Positions 48,086 to 56,765 of a stretch of 64,000 nucleotides of DNA are shown here, in pieces. The position numbers were made by a program, and so were the translations under genes. How positions within the stretch are numbered: the stretch's first letter is position 1; each line of letters opens with the position of its first letter. The notes below the pieces were generated by a model, which was given only the letters and a program-made list of their open reading frames with translations, had not been told where the DNA came from and searched no databases. Location: IMG/VR virus record IMGVR_UViG_3300021091_000027, positions 47,052-111,051 of that record. One strand, written 5' to 3'. Source of the DNA: a virus.

Positions 48086-48705
48086 TCTTATCTGCGTCAA
48101 ACTCAATAATAGTTTGCCTTGATCTAGCTCTTGCCAATACTGGCATAGCAGTTCTTGCCATTAATCCCACTGAGGATGAGCTTCTTTATGTGGACACTGT
48201 CCATACAGAGAAGACAGATAAAGCAAAACTGAAAAAGGCTAAGATGCGAGTATCAGACGATGAGTGGCGCAGAACTACAGAATTGGCACAATCTTTAGAG
48301 AAACTTCTCATGGAGTACTCTCCATGTCATATATTTATAGAGTGCCCTACAGGCGGATCAAAGAGTGCTCAAGCAGCCAAAAGCATGGCGATTGCCAGAG
48401 GTGCTGCTTGTGCTATTATAGGTGGATTTAAAATCCCTACTACTCTCGTGACTCCGTTTGAGGCTAAACGTGCAGCCACTGGCAGCACATCGGCCTCTAA
48501 AGATCAAGTTAAAAATTCAGTTGTTAATCAATTTCCTAAATTTAATGGCTGGATAAAAGGAAAACGTGGACAAATACTTGAAGGAAAAAATGAACATGTC
48601 TATGATGCGCTGTCCGTTTACATGGCCGCAAAGCAAACAACTATATACAAGGAGCTAAAAAATGACACAATCAACAGCAACAACAAAAGTATCTCTACTC
48701 AATGA
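48082..48705 (+). CDS. ruvC: RuvC-like Holliday junction resolvase
   Basis: CLDLALANTG, FIECP, P.EAKRAATG...ASKDQV and HVYDAL. Confidence 0.85.
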   Translation: MILSASNSIIVCLDLALANTGIAVLAINPTEDELLYVDTVHTEKTDKAKLKKAKMRVSDDEWRRTTELAQSLEKLLMEYSPCHIFIECPTGGSKSAQAAKSMAIARGAACAIIGGFKIPTTLVTPFEAKRAATGSTSASKDQVKNSVVNQFPKFNGWIKGKRGQILEGKNEHVYDALSVYMAAKQTTIYKELKNDTINSNNKSISTQ

Positions 48706-48994
48706 AAGCACTTCGTTTACCAGAATTCCTAATCCAAATGGAGAAGGCGAAATGTTGGAGGTCAAAGTAACCACCAAAGTTCGTACTCCTCTTGGAGTCA
48801 CGCACGACACCACTCAATCCTTTTTTCTAAACGGGGAAGAGGCTAACGACACTCTTGCCTCTTTAAGAGTAATCCACAACAACTTGCAGCTTGCCCTCAT
48901 GAAAATGCAGCAACAACAAGAAGTTAAAGAAACCGATAAAAGTGAACCTTCCCCAGGCGCAGATCTATCTGTGAGTAAGTCCGCAGGAGAGTGA
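48662..48994 (+). CDS. Hypothetical protein
   Basis: 110 aa; AAGGAG RBS. Confidence 0.6.
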   Translation: MTQSTATTKVSLLNESTSFTRIPNPNGEGEMLEVKVTTKVRTPLGVTHDTTQSFFLNGEEANDTLASLRVIHNNLQLALMKMQQQQEVKETDKSEPSPGADLSVSKSAGE

Positions 48995-48995
48995 T

Positions 48996-49640
48996 ATGCT
49001 CATCCCAAGCGATAGGATATTCTCTCCCGCCAAAGCGGCAGAAACTGCAAAAGATACCGAATTGGTATCAGAAGATGCCATTGCACCTAAAGACGAACTA
49101 AAAAGTTGGTCCAAAGATTATGAGTTGTTCTTTGTGAACACCATGCATATGTATCTTCGAATTCCTGTCAGCTTGTTTGAGATGTATGCAAAGCAATTTG
49201 ATAAGAAATTGCACATAATGCATTTTGTGCTCCCAGGTTCGATACTTGTAGAGGATGTAGTGGCTCCAGCTGGATTCTCAAATCCCGAACCTGGCTGGAG
49301 CCGCTATGTGCAAGGGGTACCTAAAAATGAATGGCAACACTTTCACGACTGGATGATCAACTCAAAGTGGATGGCCAAAAACTCTAAAGGTAATAAAATT
49401 TTATATGGGTGTGAATCTCAAACAGTGCAAGTTCGTGATCCTGTAAAACTGCAGACTATGCAGATAGTTGGAATAAAGGAGTTTGTGCCAATAACCTTTT
49501 TTCTGCCTACAAACCCTGCAAGCAGACTGTATCTAAATATTAAAAATGGACCTCCATTTAATTGTATATACGTATCTAGAAATAGTCCAGGTGCAGGAGA
49601 GGCCGCAGCTTTATTTCAAAAATTAAGGCAAGCACCATGA
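48996..49640 (+). CDS. Hypothetical protein
   Basis: 214 aa; AGGAG RBS. Confidence 0.6.
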   Translation: MLIPSDRIFSPAKAAETAKDTELVSEDAIAPKDELKSWSKDYELFFVNTMHMYLRIPVSLFEMYAKQFDKKLHIMHFVLPGSILVEDVVAPAGFSNPEPGWSRYVQGVPKNEWQHFHDWMINSKWMAKNSKGNKILYGCESQTVQVRDPVKLQTMQIVGIKEFVPITFFLPTNPASRLYLNIKNGPPFNCIYVSRNSPGAGEAAALFQKLRQAP

Positions 49641-49885
49641 AAGTAAACTTTCATGAAACTGATCCTATGGAGTCCGACGCCTCCTTTCCAAAAGATAACA
49701 AAGGAGTAGTCATGCTGGTAGAACCCTCATTTTACGGAAAGTCAAAAAGCGCAATCATATGCGTTGTAAGCACTACATCAAACTCCGGCAAATGGTTATA
49801 CAGGTATAGACTAAAGGTGAGCGACAGCGGAAAACTTATACTTGAAGATTTGGGCGAAATCAGAAAACTTGAAGTCGACCAATAG
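49637..49885 (+). CDS. Hypothetical protein
   Basis: 82 aa; ATGA overlap. Confidence 0.55.
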   Translation: MKVNFHETDPMESDASFPKDNKGVVMLVEPSFYGKSKSAIICVVSTTSNSGKWLYRYRLKVSDSGKLILEDLGEIRKLEVDQ

Positions 49886-49887
49886 TA

Positions 49888-49915
49888 TAAATTTATACGC
49901 ATAGCGTGTTATAAT
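49888..49915 (+). promoter_or_regulatory. Promoter (TAAAT-N14-TGTTATAAT)
   Basis: Extended -10 TGnTATAAT; same geometry as six other intergenic sites. Confidence 0.6.
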
Positions 49916-49972
49916 AAATTACCAGTCGTTTTGCTGTGAATCGGTCGCAGCAAAGTCAATTGGTCAGGCCCT

Positions 49973-50002
49973 CCGCTTATCCTATGGATAGGCGGTTTTT
50001 TT
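49973..50002 (+). terminator. Intrinsic terminator inside a 5' leader
   Basis: CCGCTTATCC/GGATAGGCGG stem followed by T7, just upstream of a GGAG RBS. Confidence 0.7.
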
Positions 50003-50015
50003 ATTGGAGAGTCAA

Positions 50016-51095
50016 ATGCAGAAGACCAGCAAGGACGTTGTGTCTCAAAAACAGGGATTCGTTAGCGTGACCGTGGCGTTTGGTCATATCAACGAATGGG
50101 AATCGGCATACGTGGAAAGCAGTCGAACCAGAAACTGCACCTACGTAGGAAGAACCGATCAAACTACCAGGGCTTTTATGATCATGAAAGCCAATGGAAA
50201 GTCGACGGCCATTGCTCAGCAATGGCTAGCTTGGAATGAAGGCGAAAACAGCCATCTTGCCTTTTACTGGGTAACGGATCAGAATGTGGCTATTCAAGAC
50301 GAAAATATCAAATGGTACTTTGAAGGCCAGATATATTCGATCTATGATCTTCCAAGAGTAGTTAATTTTGAGGGCACCGGAGCAGTTAGAATGCATGTTG
50401 CTGGAGTCGCTCCGTTGGCCACACTAGCGCTCCGAAACCAAGAGTTGTGCAAAGCGTACAGATCTATGTCTATGCTTGTCAACGAGCCCATACTGTGGGT
50501 TCCGAGGACAAACATAATAAATCAAAAGGATTTCATTATGGAATGCCTTTTTCGACATCTGTGTGCGGGGGTTGGATCTAGCAAAAGCCCAGTCTATTTT
50601 CAGATGAGGCAATTGATGGAAAGGGAATTTGGAATGTCGCCATGGGAGATGTATCTCGCGGCAGGCTGCAAGACAGAGATTATGTGCTACGATGTTTTTA
50701 GAAAGAAAGGCATGATAGCTAAATGTTACAAAATTTTGGATGCCTTGATTGAAACTCCTCTTGAAATGCTTGGAGTTTCGATAAATGTGGCCAAGAAATG
50801 GTTAAAGACAAAAGATTTTATCAAGCTCTCCACTTACATGCCTTGGTGGTTTGCAAATGATGATTCTCCGTATAAGGTGCCAGAAGTAGAAGATACCTAC
50901 ATCACGGCAAAACGGGTGGAAAGCACCTTTACCTCTTCTCGTAGCTTCATTCCTGCAAGGGAGCTAGGTTATGATACTGGGTCCAAGAGTTTTGATAAAG
51001 CCGATAACACTATAGTTGAAATGAAAACCCCGATGCAAATTCCTCCAGACGTTATAAGGGAACCAGCATTGGAGACTCAAAACATTCAAAGTTAA
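50016..51095 (+). CDS. Hypothetical protein
   Basis: 359 aa from ATG 50016 with GGAG RBS. Confidence 0.65.
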   Translation: MQKTSKDVVSQKQGFVSVTVAFGHINEWESAYVESSRTRNCTYVGRTDQTTRAFMIMKANGKSTAIAQQWLAWNEGENSHLAFYWVTDQNVAIQDENIKWYFEGQIYSIYDLPRVVNFEGTGAVRMHVAGVAPLATLALRNQELCKAYRSMSMLVNEPILWVPRTNIINQKDFIMECLFRHLCAGVGSSKSPVYFQMRQLMEREFGMSPWEMYLAAGCKTEIMCYDVFRKKGMIAKCYKILDALIETPLEMLGVSINVAKKWLKTKDFIKLSTYMPWWFANDDSPYKVPEVEDTYITAKRVESTFTSSRSFIPARELGYDTGSKSFDKADNTIVEMKTPMQIPPDVIREPALETQNIQS

Positions 51096-51102
51096 CCGTA
51101 GC

Positions 51103-51152
51103 CCTATCTCCTCAGGAGGCCCCGAAATTAATTTTCGGGGCCTCCTATGGAG
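51103..51152. terminator. Long stem-loop/terminator
   Basis: AGGAGGCCCCGAAA/TTTCGGGGCCTCCT inverted repeat after the stop codon. Confidence 0.6.
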
Positions 51153-51198
51153 TCTTAGCGCCCTCTAAATAATTTCAAGCTTTTAGCATTCAAAGAAA

Positions 51199-51651
51199 AT
51201 GGTAAATACATATATCACTCACGTCATACGCTGTCTTTATAAATCAAATACTTTGGAGCTTTCTGAAATCTCCAAACTAATAGGAGCATCTGAAAAATTT
51301 TGTAAAGAAATATTAGAAAAAGAAGAAAACAGATATACGGAAGGGCTGACTCTAGAACATGTGGATCGCATAGTGGATTTCTTTGGAATGGCAATCTTTG
51401 GCAACTCTTTCTGCAAAGATCTATTTACTCCGCAAAAATCTCATTATAGAAACTGGGAAAGCTTAGAAGAAAACGAAAAGGAAATGATCAATATTGGCGC
51501 AACTATAACCGGCGGGAGCTCTATTAAATCTGCAAACGCCGTCAGCTATGCAAAAGAATGTTATCACTTTATTGATAGCTGTGAACAGATGATCTCTGTG
51601 ATAAAAGAATCAGGATCGTCTGACGATGGAATTGAAAGTTCTGAAAACTAA
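51199..51651 (+). CDS. Hypothetical protein (possible N-terminal HTH)
   Basis: 150 aa; LELSEISKLIGAS. Confidence 0.55.
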   Translation: MVNTYITHVIRCLYKSNTLELSEISKLIGASEKFCKEILEKEENRYTEGLTLEHVDRIVDFFGMAIFGNSFCKDLFTPQKSHYRNWESLEENEKEMINIGATITGGSSIKSANAVSYAKECYHFIDSCEQMISVIKESGSSDDGIESSEN

Positions 51652-51676
51652 CTCTTTATATTAGGAATAAAAATAA

Positions 51677-52702
51677 ATGACATCATCAATTAATTACGTA
51701 GAGAAGCTTAAGCAGTATCGCAACGCAAACATTCCCTTGCTTATTTTTGGCGGTCCTGGCATCGGCAAGTCTGAGATTTGCAAACAGGCAGCGGGTGGCG
51801 ATGAGGTTAAAGACGTCCGTCTCAGCATGCTGGAGCCAATCGACATGCGCGGTATGCCAGTCATAAACAGGAATGGGGACGGTTCTCAGTTTAATGTTGA
51901 GTGGGCAAAGCCTGACTTTCTGCCTCGTGACGGCAAGGGCGTCATTCTATTCGACGAGTTGAATACTGCCGATCCTAGCGTCCAGAATGCGGCCCTACAG
52001 TTCATCCTGGATCGTCGCTGTGGTCCACACAAACTTGGAGACGGGTGGTGGATCGTAGCCTGTGGCAACAAAAGTAGCCACAAGGCTCATGTCAATCCGC
52101 TTAGCGCTCCGTTGCGAAATCGTTTCGTCATTCTAGAAATGCAGCCAGATTTTAATCAGTGGCGTAACTGGGCGATTAATAAGAATATTCATGAGAATGT
52201 CTTAGGATTCATGAGCAGCACCGGCGGACAGCATTTGTACTCTGATCCAACTGATGAATATGGCAACTTTCCAACTCCTCGTGGTTGGACTATGGTCAGC
52301 CATCTGCTTAAGAGCCGCATTATCGAACGTGAGGCGATTGAAGGTGCAATTGGCAAGGGTGCTGCAAACTGGTTCTTACAGTATTGCAACGAAATCAAAG
52401 TGATGCCAAATATCGACGATCTACTGGAAGGCAAAGCAATATATCAGGATGGACCTAACAAGTTGTCCATAACGTACGCCGTCGTAAGTAATATTCTGTT
52501 CCGTGCGATTAAGAATCCAAATGTCATCGATAAGGGGGCTGCGATCATGCTGTCAATTCGTCCAGAAATCAGCTCTCTATACTTTGGCGGCCTGCTTGGA
52601 CAAAAAAGTGACAAATTCTTGATAAACGTAATGAAGTCTCAGAACACTAAGGATTGGCTTTCTAAGCACCGAAGTCTACTCATTCCATATGAGGTGCAAT
52701 AA
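51677..52702 (+). CDS. MoxR-like AAA+ ATPase
   Basis: GGPGIGKS, DMRGMP, LFDELN, ACGN, PLRNRF and PTPRGW. Confidence 0.88.
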   Translation: MTSSINYVEKLKQYRNANIPLLIFGGPGIGKSEICKQAAGGDEVKDVRLSMLEPIDMRGMPVINRNGDGSQFNVEWAKPDFLPRDGKGVILFDELNTADPSVQNAALQFILDRRCGPHKLGDGWWIVACGNKSSHKAHVNPLSAPLRNRFVILEMQPDFNQWRNWAINKNIHENVLGFMSSTGGQHLYSDPTDEYGNFPTPRGWTMVSHLLKSRIIEREAIEGAIGKGAANWFLQYCNEIKVMPNIDDLLEGKAIYQDGPNKLSITYAVVSNILFRAIKNPNVIDKGAAIMLSIRPEISSLYFGGLLGQKSDKFLINVMKSQNTKDWLSKHRSLLIPYEVQ

Positions 52703-53943
52703 TGGAAGAAATTGATCCATCAGAACTGCAGTCAGCTAAAAAGAGGGTGAATAAATGTATGTTCAATATGTTCCGGGATTTTCCATTCTGGGCATTCTTG
52801 ATCGAGAAGTGCAACGTCAAACTAACTAATAACACCGATAAGGTGCCAACAGCATGTATAGACAAGCACGGCAACATTTATTTCAGTAAGTTATTTTTCG
52901 ACTCCTTGTGCGACAACCACATACATTTTGTGCTTGCCCATGAGGTCATGCACTTATTGCTGGATCACCACAATAGGCGTGGTGCGAGAGAGCCATTTAT
53001 ATGGAATGTAGCTGGAGATGTGCTAATCAACGAAATGTTGCAAGATCATTTTAATTCCAGCGGCATTCATACATCGTTTACGTCTGGCTATGTAACGTCC
53101 AAATCATTGGATATTTCTATTGACCACAATTCTGTTACCACTGAGGAGGTATACGACAAGATAGTTCAGGAGGCTGGGGAAGAAGTAAAAAAGATGAAGA
53201 GCAAGAACAACAATTCATCAAAAGAGACAGGGGGTATCAGCAATGATATTGTCGACTGGGGGCCAGGAGAAGAGCCTAATTCAAATAATATTAGAGACAA
53301 GTCTGAGGATACCCCTACTAATGGAAAGGAGTGGGCAGAGGCCGGATTGGAGGCAGCAACTCGAAGCAGAATGGCAGGAAACTGCCCTGAGTTCATGGAG
53401 CGACGTATAGACAAGCTCATAAATCCAGAAGTGCCTTGGCACGAAGTACTAGCATATTACCTTCGGCAGAAGTTTTGTATGAACAGTAGGAGCAGGCATA
53501 CGTTTACTCCACCTAACAGGAGATATCTACATCAGGACATTATTCTTACTGCTAGAAAAGGATCCAAAACGCCTAGCGTCGCCTTCTCCGTAGATACCTC
53601 TGGATCTATGTCCCCGCAAGACATAACCAAGGGTATCTCGGAAATGGATGCAATACGAAAGATGTACAAGGTTCCTGTTTATTTTATGGAGGCCGATTGT
53701 GACGTTCATAAGGCCAGGTGGGTACAGCACTATGAGCCTATTCCAACAGCTGCTGGAGGAGGAGGAACTTCTTTTGTTCCAGTAATAGAGCACTTAAAGA
53801 ACAATAAGCTCGATGTCGACGTGCTTATTTACTTTACTGACGGGTATGGAGAATTTGGAGCAGACCCAGGATTTGACGTTATTTGGATAATTAACACGGA
53901 CGTTAAGGCACCATACGGAAAGACAATTAAGGTAAATAACTAA
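52702..53943 (+). CDS. DUF2201-type HExxH metallopeptidase plus vWA domain protein
   Basis: LAHEVMH..L.H, WNVAGD..IN, MIDAS DTSGSM, GGGGTSF and YFTDGY. Confidence 0.85.
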   Translation: MEEIDPSELQSAKKRVNKCMFNMFRDFPFWAFLIEKCNVKLTNNTDKVPTACIDKHGNIYFSKLFFDSLCDNHIHFVLAHEVMHLLLDHHNRRGAREPFIWNVAGDVLINEMLQDHFNSSGIHTSFTSGYVTSKSLDISIDHNSVTTEEVYDKIVQEAGEEVKKMKSKNNNSSKETGGISNDIVDWGPGEEPNSNNIRDKSEDTPTNGKEWAEAGLEAATRSRMAGNCPEFMERRIDKLINPEVPWHEVLAYYLRQKFCMNSRSRHTFTPPNRRYLHQDIILTARKGSKTPSVAFSVDTSGSMSPQDITKGISEMDAIRKMYKVPVYFMEADCDVHKARWVQHYEPIPTAAGGGGTSFVPVIEHLKNNKLDVDVLIYFTDGYGEFGADPGFDVIWIINTDVKAPYGKTIKVNN

Positions 53944-53948
53944 ATGAC

Positions 53949-53981
53949 AAGGGGATGCACGAGATGTAAGTGCATCCCCTT
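53949..53981. terminator. Stem-loop/terminator
   Basis: AAGGGGATGCAC/GTGCATCCCCTT 12-bp inverted repeat. Confidence 0.6.
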
Positions 53982-53995
53982 AATGGAGTATAAAC

Positions 53996-55489
53996 ATGAA
54001 ATATTACGTATCTTTAGAGAACAATTTTATAGATATATGGACACTAAACAAGCGGTTTAACTCTCTAGGAGGTTTGTCAGCGCCCAAACTTCCTTTGGAT
54101 TATTTTCTGAAGAGCCCTGCTCCGCCATTCGTAGCAGGAAATGTATTGTATACACCTTTGCAGGTGGGTGTGGGGCAAGGCGGCGGAGTATTTGGCTTCT
54201 TAATAACAAAGGTTGCAAATAAGCTGAATCTACTAGAGAATCATATTAAGTTGCTGGAGACCGATCAAGATTTTAAAGACGCCGATTTTAAACTAAGTGC
54301 TCAGTCCTTGAAAATGCTAAAGTCTCTTGCCCCTAATTCAAAAGCATTTCCAGGATACGATGACAACTGGCATATTAAAGGATTTAAGTGTAGGGCTGAG
54401 GATGTGATAAAAGCCTATGCATTTGGCTATTTGAAACTAAATGACAGTAGACCGCTGCTTGAAGCAATATGCCAATCAGATTACAATCTTCAGCAATTCT
54501 TAGGTGATAAAAGAAACAGCATGTCTCAGGTCTATTCCAATGTGATGGAATATTACACGAATGGCGAAGGAAAAAGCTCCTGGGGCCTGAAGTATATGGG
54601 TCAAAGGCTAACTCCGCACTTTGAAAGAACTAACAAAGTTCTTAATGAAGATTGTGTAATAAAGTGGAGGAAGCCAAACAAGAACTCCAAATGGCCTTAT
54701 ACTCTTGACCACCACTGGTTTGAATCTCAAGAGTCTGCAATTTCTCTGCAGCATCACACCTTGGCTGCTCTCATGGGTAATACCCATAGACTACATAAGG
54801 AAAGCTTGTTCTCCAATCTTCCGGTATTCAGCAGTATTAATTTGTTGGAAATGTGCAGAAAGAGCGTTGAACTCTTTTTCTGCAATATTCAAAAGATATT
54901 AGGAAAACATACTAATGAATACGGTCGATATGTTGGAATGGTAAATGATCTGGATTGGCCTAATGGGAAATTCTCTAGTCGTAAATTGACCGCCGAGGTG
55001 TTCCCAGTCAAAGCTTGTTTGGCTCTTGGGGTAATGCCCACATTCGATGCATCGGGGGCCTTTGATAAATTTGTTACTATTGGTGACAAACTATTTAATA
55101 ATACAAAAATTTTGTATTACGCAATAGATCCAGAAACATTCGTTGATCGACGTCCAGATATTACATTACTGTTATGCTATAGCGTTGGTTTAATGAGTTT
55201 AGAGCAGTTAGATTTAATTCTGGGGCCAATTAGCGCAACTTCAGAACTTTTAAAGTCCGACAGCATGAAGATAAATTTGAAACTCAGCAATAATGTCGTA
55301 TGCTGTACGCCTATAGAGGCTGCGAATTTGAAAATAACGGAAATTCTTTCCAAACAAGGAATTGTATTTTGTGCAAACAGAAATGCTTCAACTTCTTTTT
55401 CCATATTATCAAATGATAAAGCTAAAGAGTTTGAAGAATCAGATCCATTGGCATTAACCCAGGTTTTTAAAGACCCGGCCTATCCTTGA
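53996..55489 (+). CDS. Hypothetical protein
   Basis: 497 aa; GGAG RBS. Confidence 0.65.
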   Translation: MKYYVSLENNFIDIWTLNKRFNSLGGLSAPKLPLDYFLKSPAPPFVAGNVLYTPLQVGVGQGGGVFGFLITKVANKLNLLENHIKLLETDQDFKDADFKLSAQSLKMLKSLAPNSKAFPGYDDNWHIKGFKCRAEDVIKAYAFGYLKLNDSRPLLEAICQSDYNLQQFLGDKRNSMSQVYSNVMEYYTNGEGKSSWGLKYMGQRLTPHFERTNKVLNEDCVIKWRKPNKNSKWPYTLDHHWFESQESAISLQHHTLAALMGNTHRLHKESLFSNLPVFSSINLLEMCRKSVELFFCNIQKILGKHTNEYGRYVGMVNDLDWPNGKFSSRKLTAEVFPVKACLALGVMPTFDASGAFDKFVTIGDKLFNNTKILYYAIDPETFVDRRPDITLLLCYSVGLMSLEQLDLILGPISATSELLKSDSMKINLKLSNNVVCCTPIEAANLKITEILSKQGIVFCANRNASTSFSILSNDKAKEFEESDPLALTQVFKDPAYP

Positions 55490-56193
55490 TAGACATAGCG
55501 GTTATGGTAGATAAATCGGATAAGTCATCTAAATCTAACATAAATTCCCCACTAGGAATGAGGGTCGGCATTGGCCCAGGTTCTTCTCAAAAGAATCCTG
55601 TAAAGATTACAGATAACTCATTAGGATGGGGGACAGTTGCTAAAATACCGGTCCCCCCAGCTGCTGAAATAAGGACGTTTCAAGAACCGCTGGGACTAAT
55701 TCCAGCATTGATAAATGGTGGAATTATTAAAGACGAAAAGTTAGAAAAAATAAGTCTCGTGCAGGCAGAACCTAACTCTAGCTCTAAAATAAAGTCGCAA
55801 GAATCGTCGATCTCTGGCAAAAAAAGAGCAGTAAAGGAGAATGCCCTCCCTACTGCTCTTTCTTTTATGAATCAAGGACATACCATGAAAATAGTAGAAA
55901 TTGATTGGTATGGAGCTAAGCTTTTGATACAGTGTATAGACGTAATTTATCAAAAGGCAAATTTTAATAGAGGCGGTCAAGAGTGGCTGATGCTTGAAAT
56001 CCCTTTAAATAAAGAAACCTTAAAGCCAAGTTGGCAGCCTCCTGTAGCACAACTGGAAGAAAATGGTAGAATATCTGTACCAGAATTTTACTGCACTATT
56101 GATGAACATAAACTTAAATGCCAAATTTTAAACATAGAGCTGCTAGATCTAAAGTCTATGAGATATATACTGATTTTAAGAGTGTTAAATTAA
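55486..56193 (+). CDS. Hypothetical protein
   Basis: 235-aa ORF; start uncertain. Confidence 0.55.
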   Translation: MIDIAVMVDKSDKSSKSNINSPLGMRVGIGPGSSQKNPVKITDNSLGWGTVAKIPVPPAAEIRTFQEPLGLIPALINGGIIKDEKLEKISLVQAEPNSSSKIKSQESSISGKKRAVKENALPTALSFMNQGHTMKIVEIDWYGAKLLIQCIDVIYQKANFNRGGQEWLMLEIPLNKETLKPSWQPPVAQLEENGRISVPEFYCTIDEHKLKCQILNIELLDLKSMRYILILRVLN

Positions 56194-56266
56194 CGCATTT
56201 ATTAAATAAAAATTCTAATGCAAAATTGATATAAATTTATCTAAATTTTAAAAGAATGTTTGAAAA

Positions 56267-56443
56267 ATGAATAATAATGAATTTATAAAAAAAGGCATAG
56301 TAGAAAATGAGTCCGAATCCAATATAGTAAAAACGGCATCTGATGAAGTTATGGATAAGGTAAAATTATGTAAGCTAGGATGCAAATGTAGATGCAGGAC
56401 AAATAATAGTAAAGAGGAAACTAAAAATGAAAATAGTCAATAA
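56267..56443 (+). CDS. 58-aa protein with KTAS and a Cys cluster (not in the ORF track)
   Basis: MNNNEFIKKGIVE...VKTASD...CKLGCKCRC; overlaps the start of the next gene. Confidence 0.45.
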   Translation: MNNNEFIKKGIVENESESNIVKTASDEVMDKVKLCKLGCKCRCRTNNSKEETKNENSQ

Positions 56444-56765
56444 CATTCAAGAAGCTATTCCTCTAATGATAAAATCCGTTGTAACCAGCGATCTGGTACT
56501 AATGAATACATTACTGGATAAGTTTCCAAAACTTATAACCATGAAAAACAAGAGCGGACATAATCTACTCATGTTAGCTGCATACTATAGTCACCCCAAC
56601 ATAATAAACTACTTGATTTCATTTCATGTTATTGCCAACCCTTCCATAGATCCAGATGAAAAGGATAATGATGAGCTGACGGCATATGATTGGGCGGTAT
56701 TGTCTGGTAACGAATTTGCTAGAAGTCTTTTATCTAAGGTAATGGGCGATAAGGATGATATTTAA
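56427..56765 (+). CDS. Ankyrin-repeat protein
   Basis: NKSGHNLLMLAAYYSHPNIINYLI and KDNDELTAYDWAVLSGNEFARSLL ankyrin-like units. Confidence 0.75.
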   Translation: MKIVNNIQEAIPLMIKSVVTSDLVLMNTLLDKFPKLITMKNKSGHNLLMLAAYYSHPNIINYLISFHVIANPSIDPDEKDNDELTAYDWAVLSGNEFARSLLSKVMGDKDDI

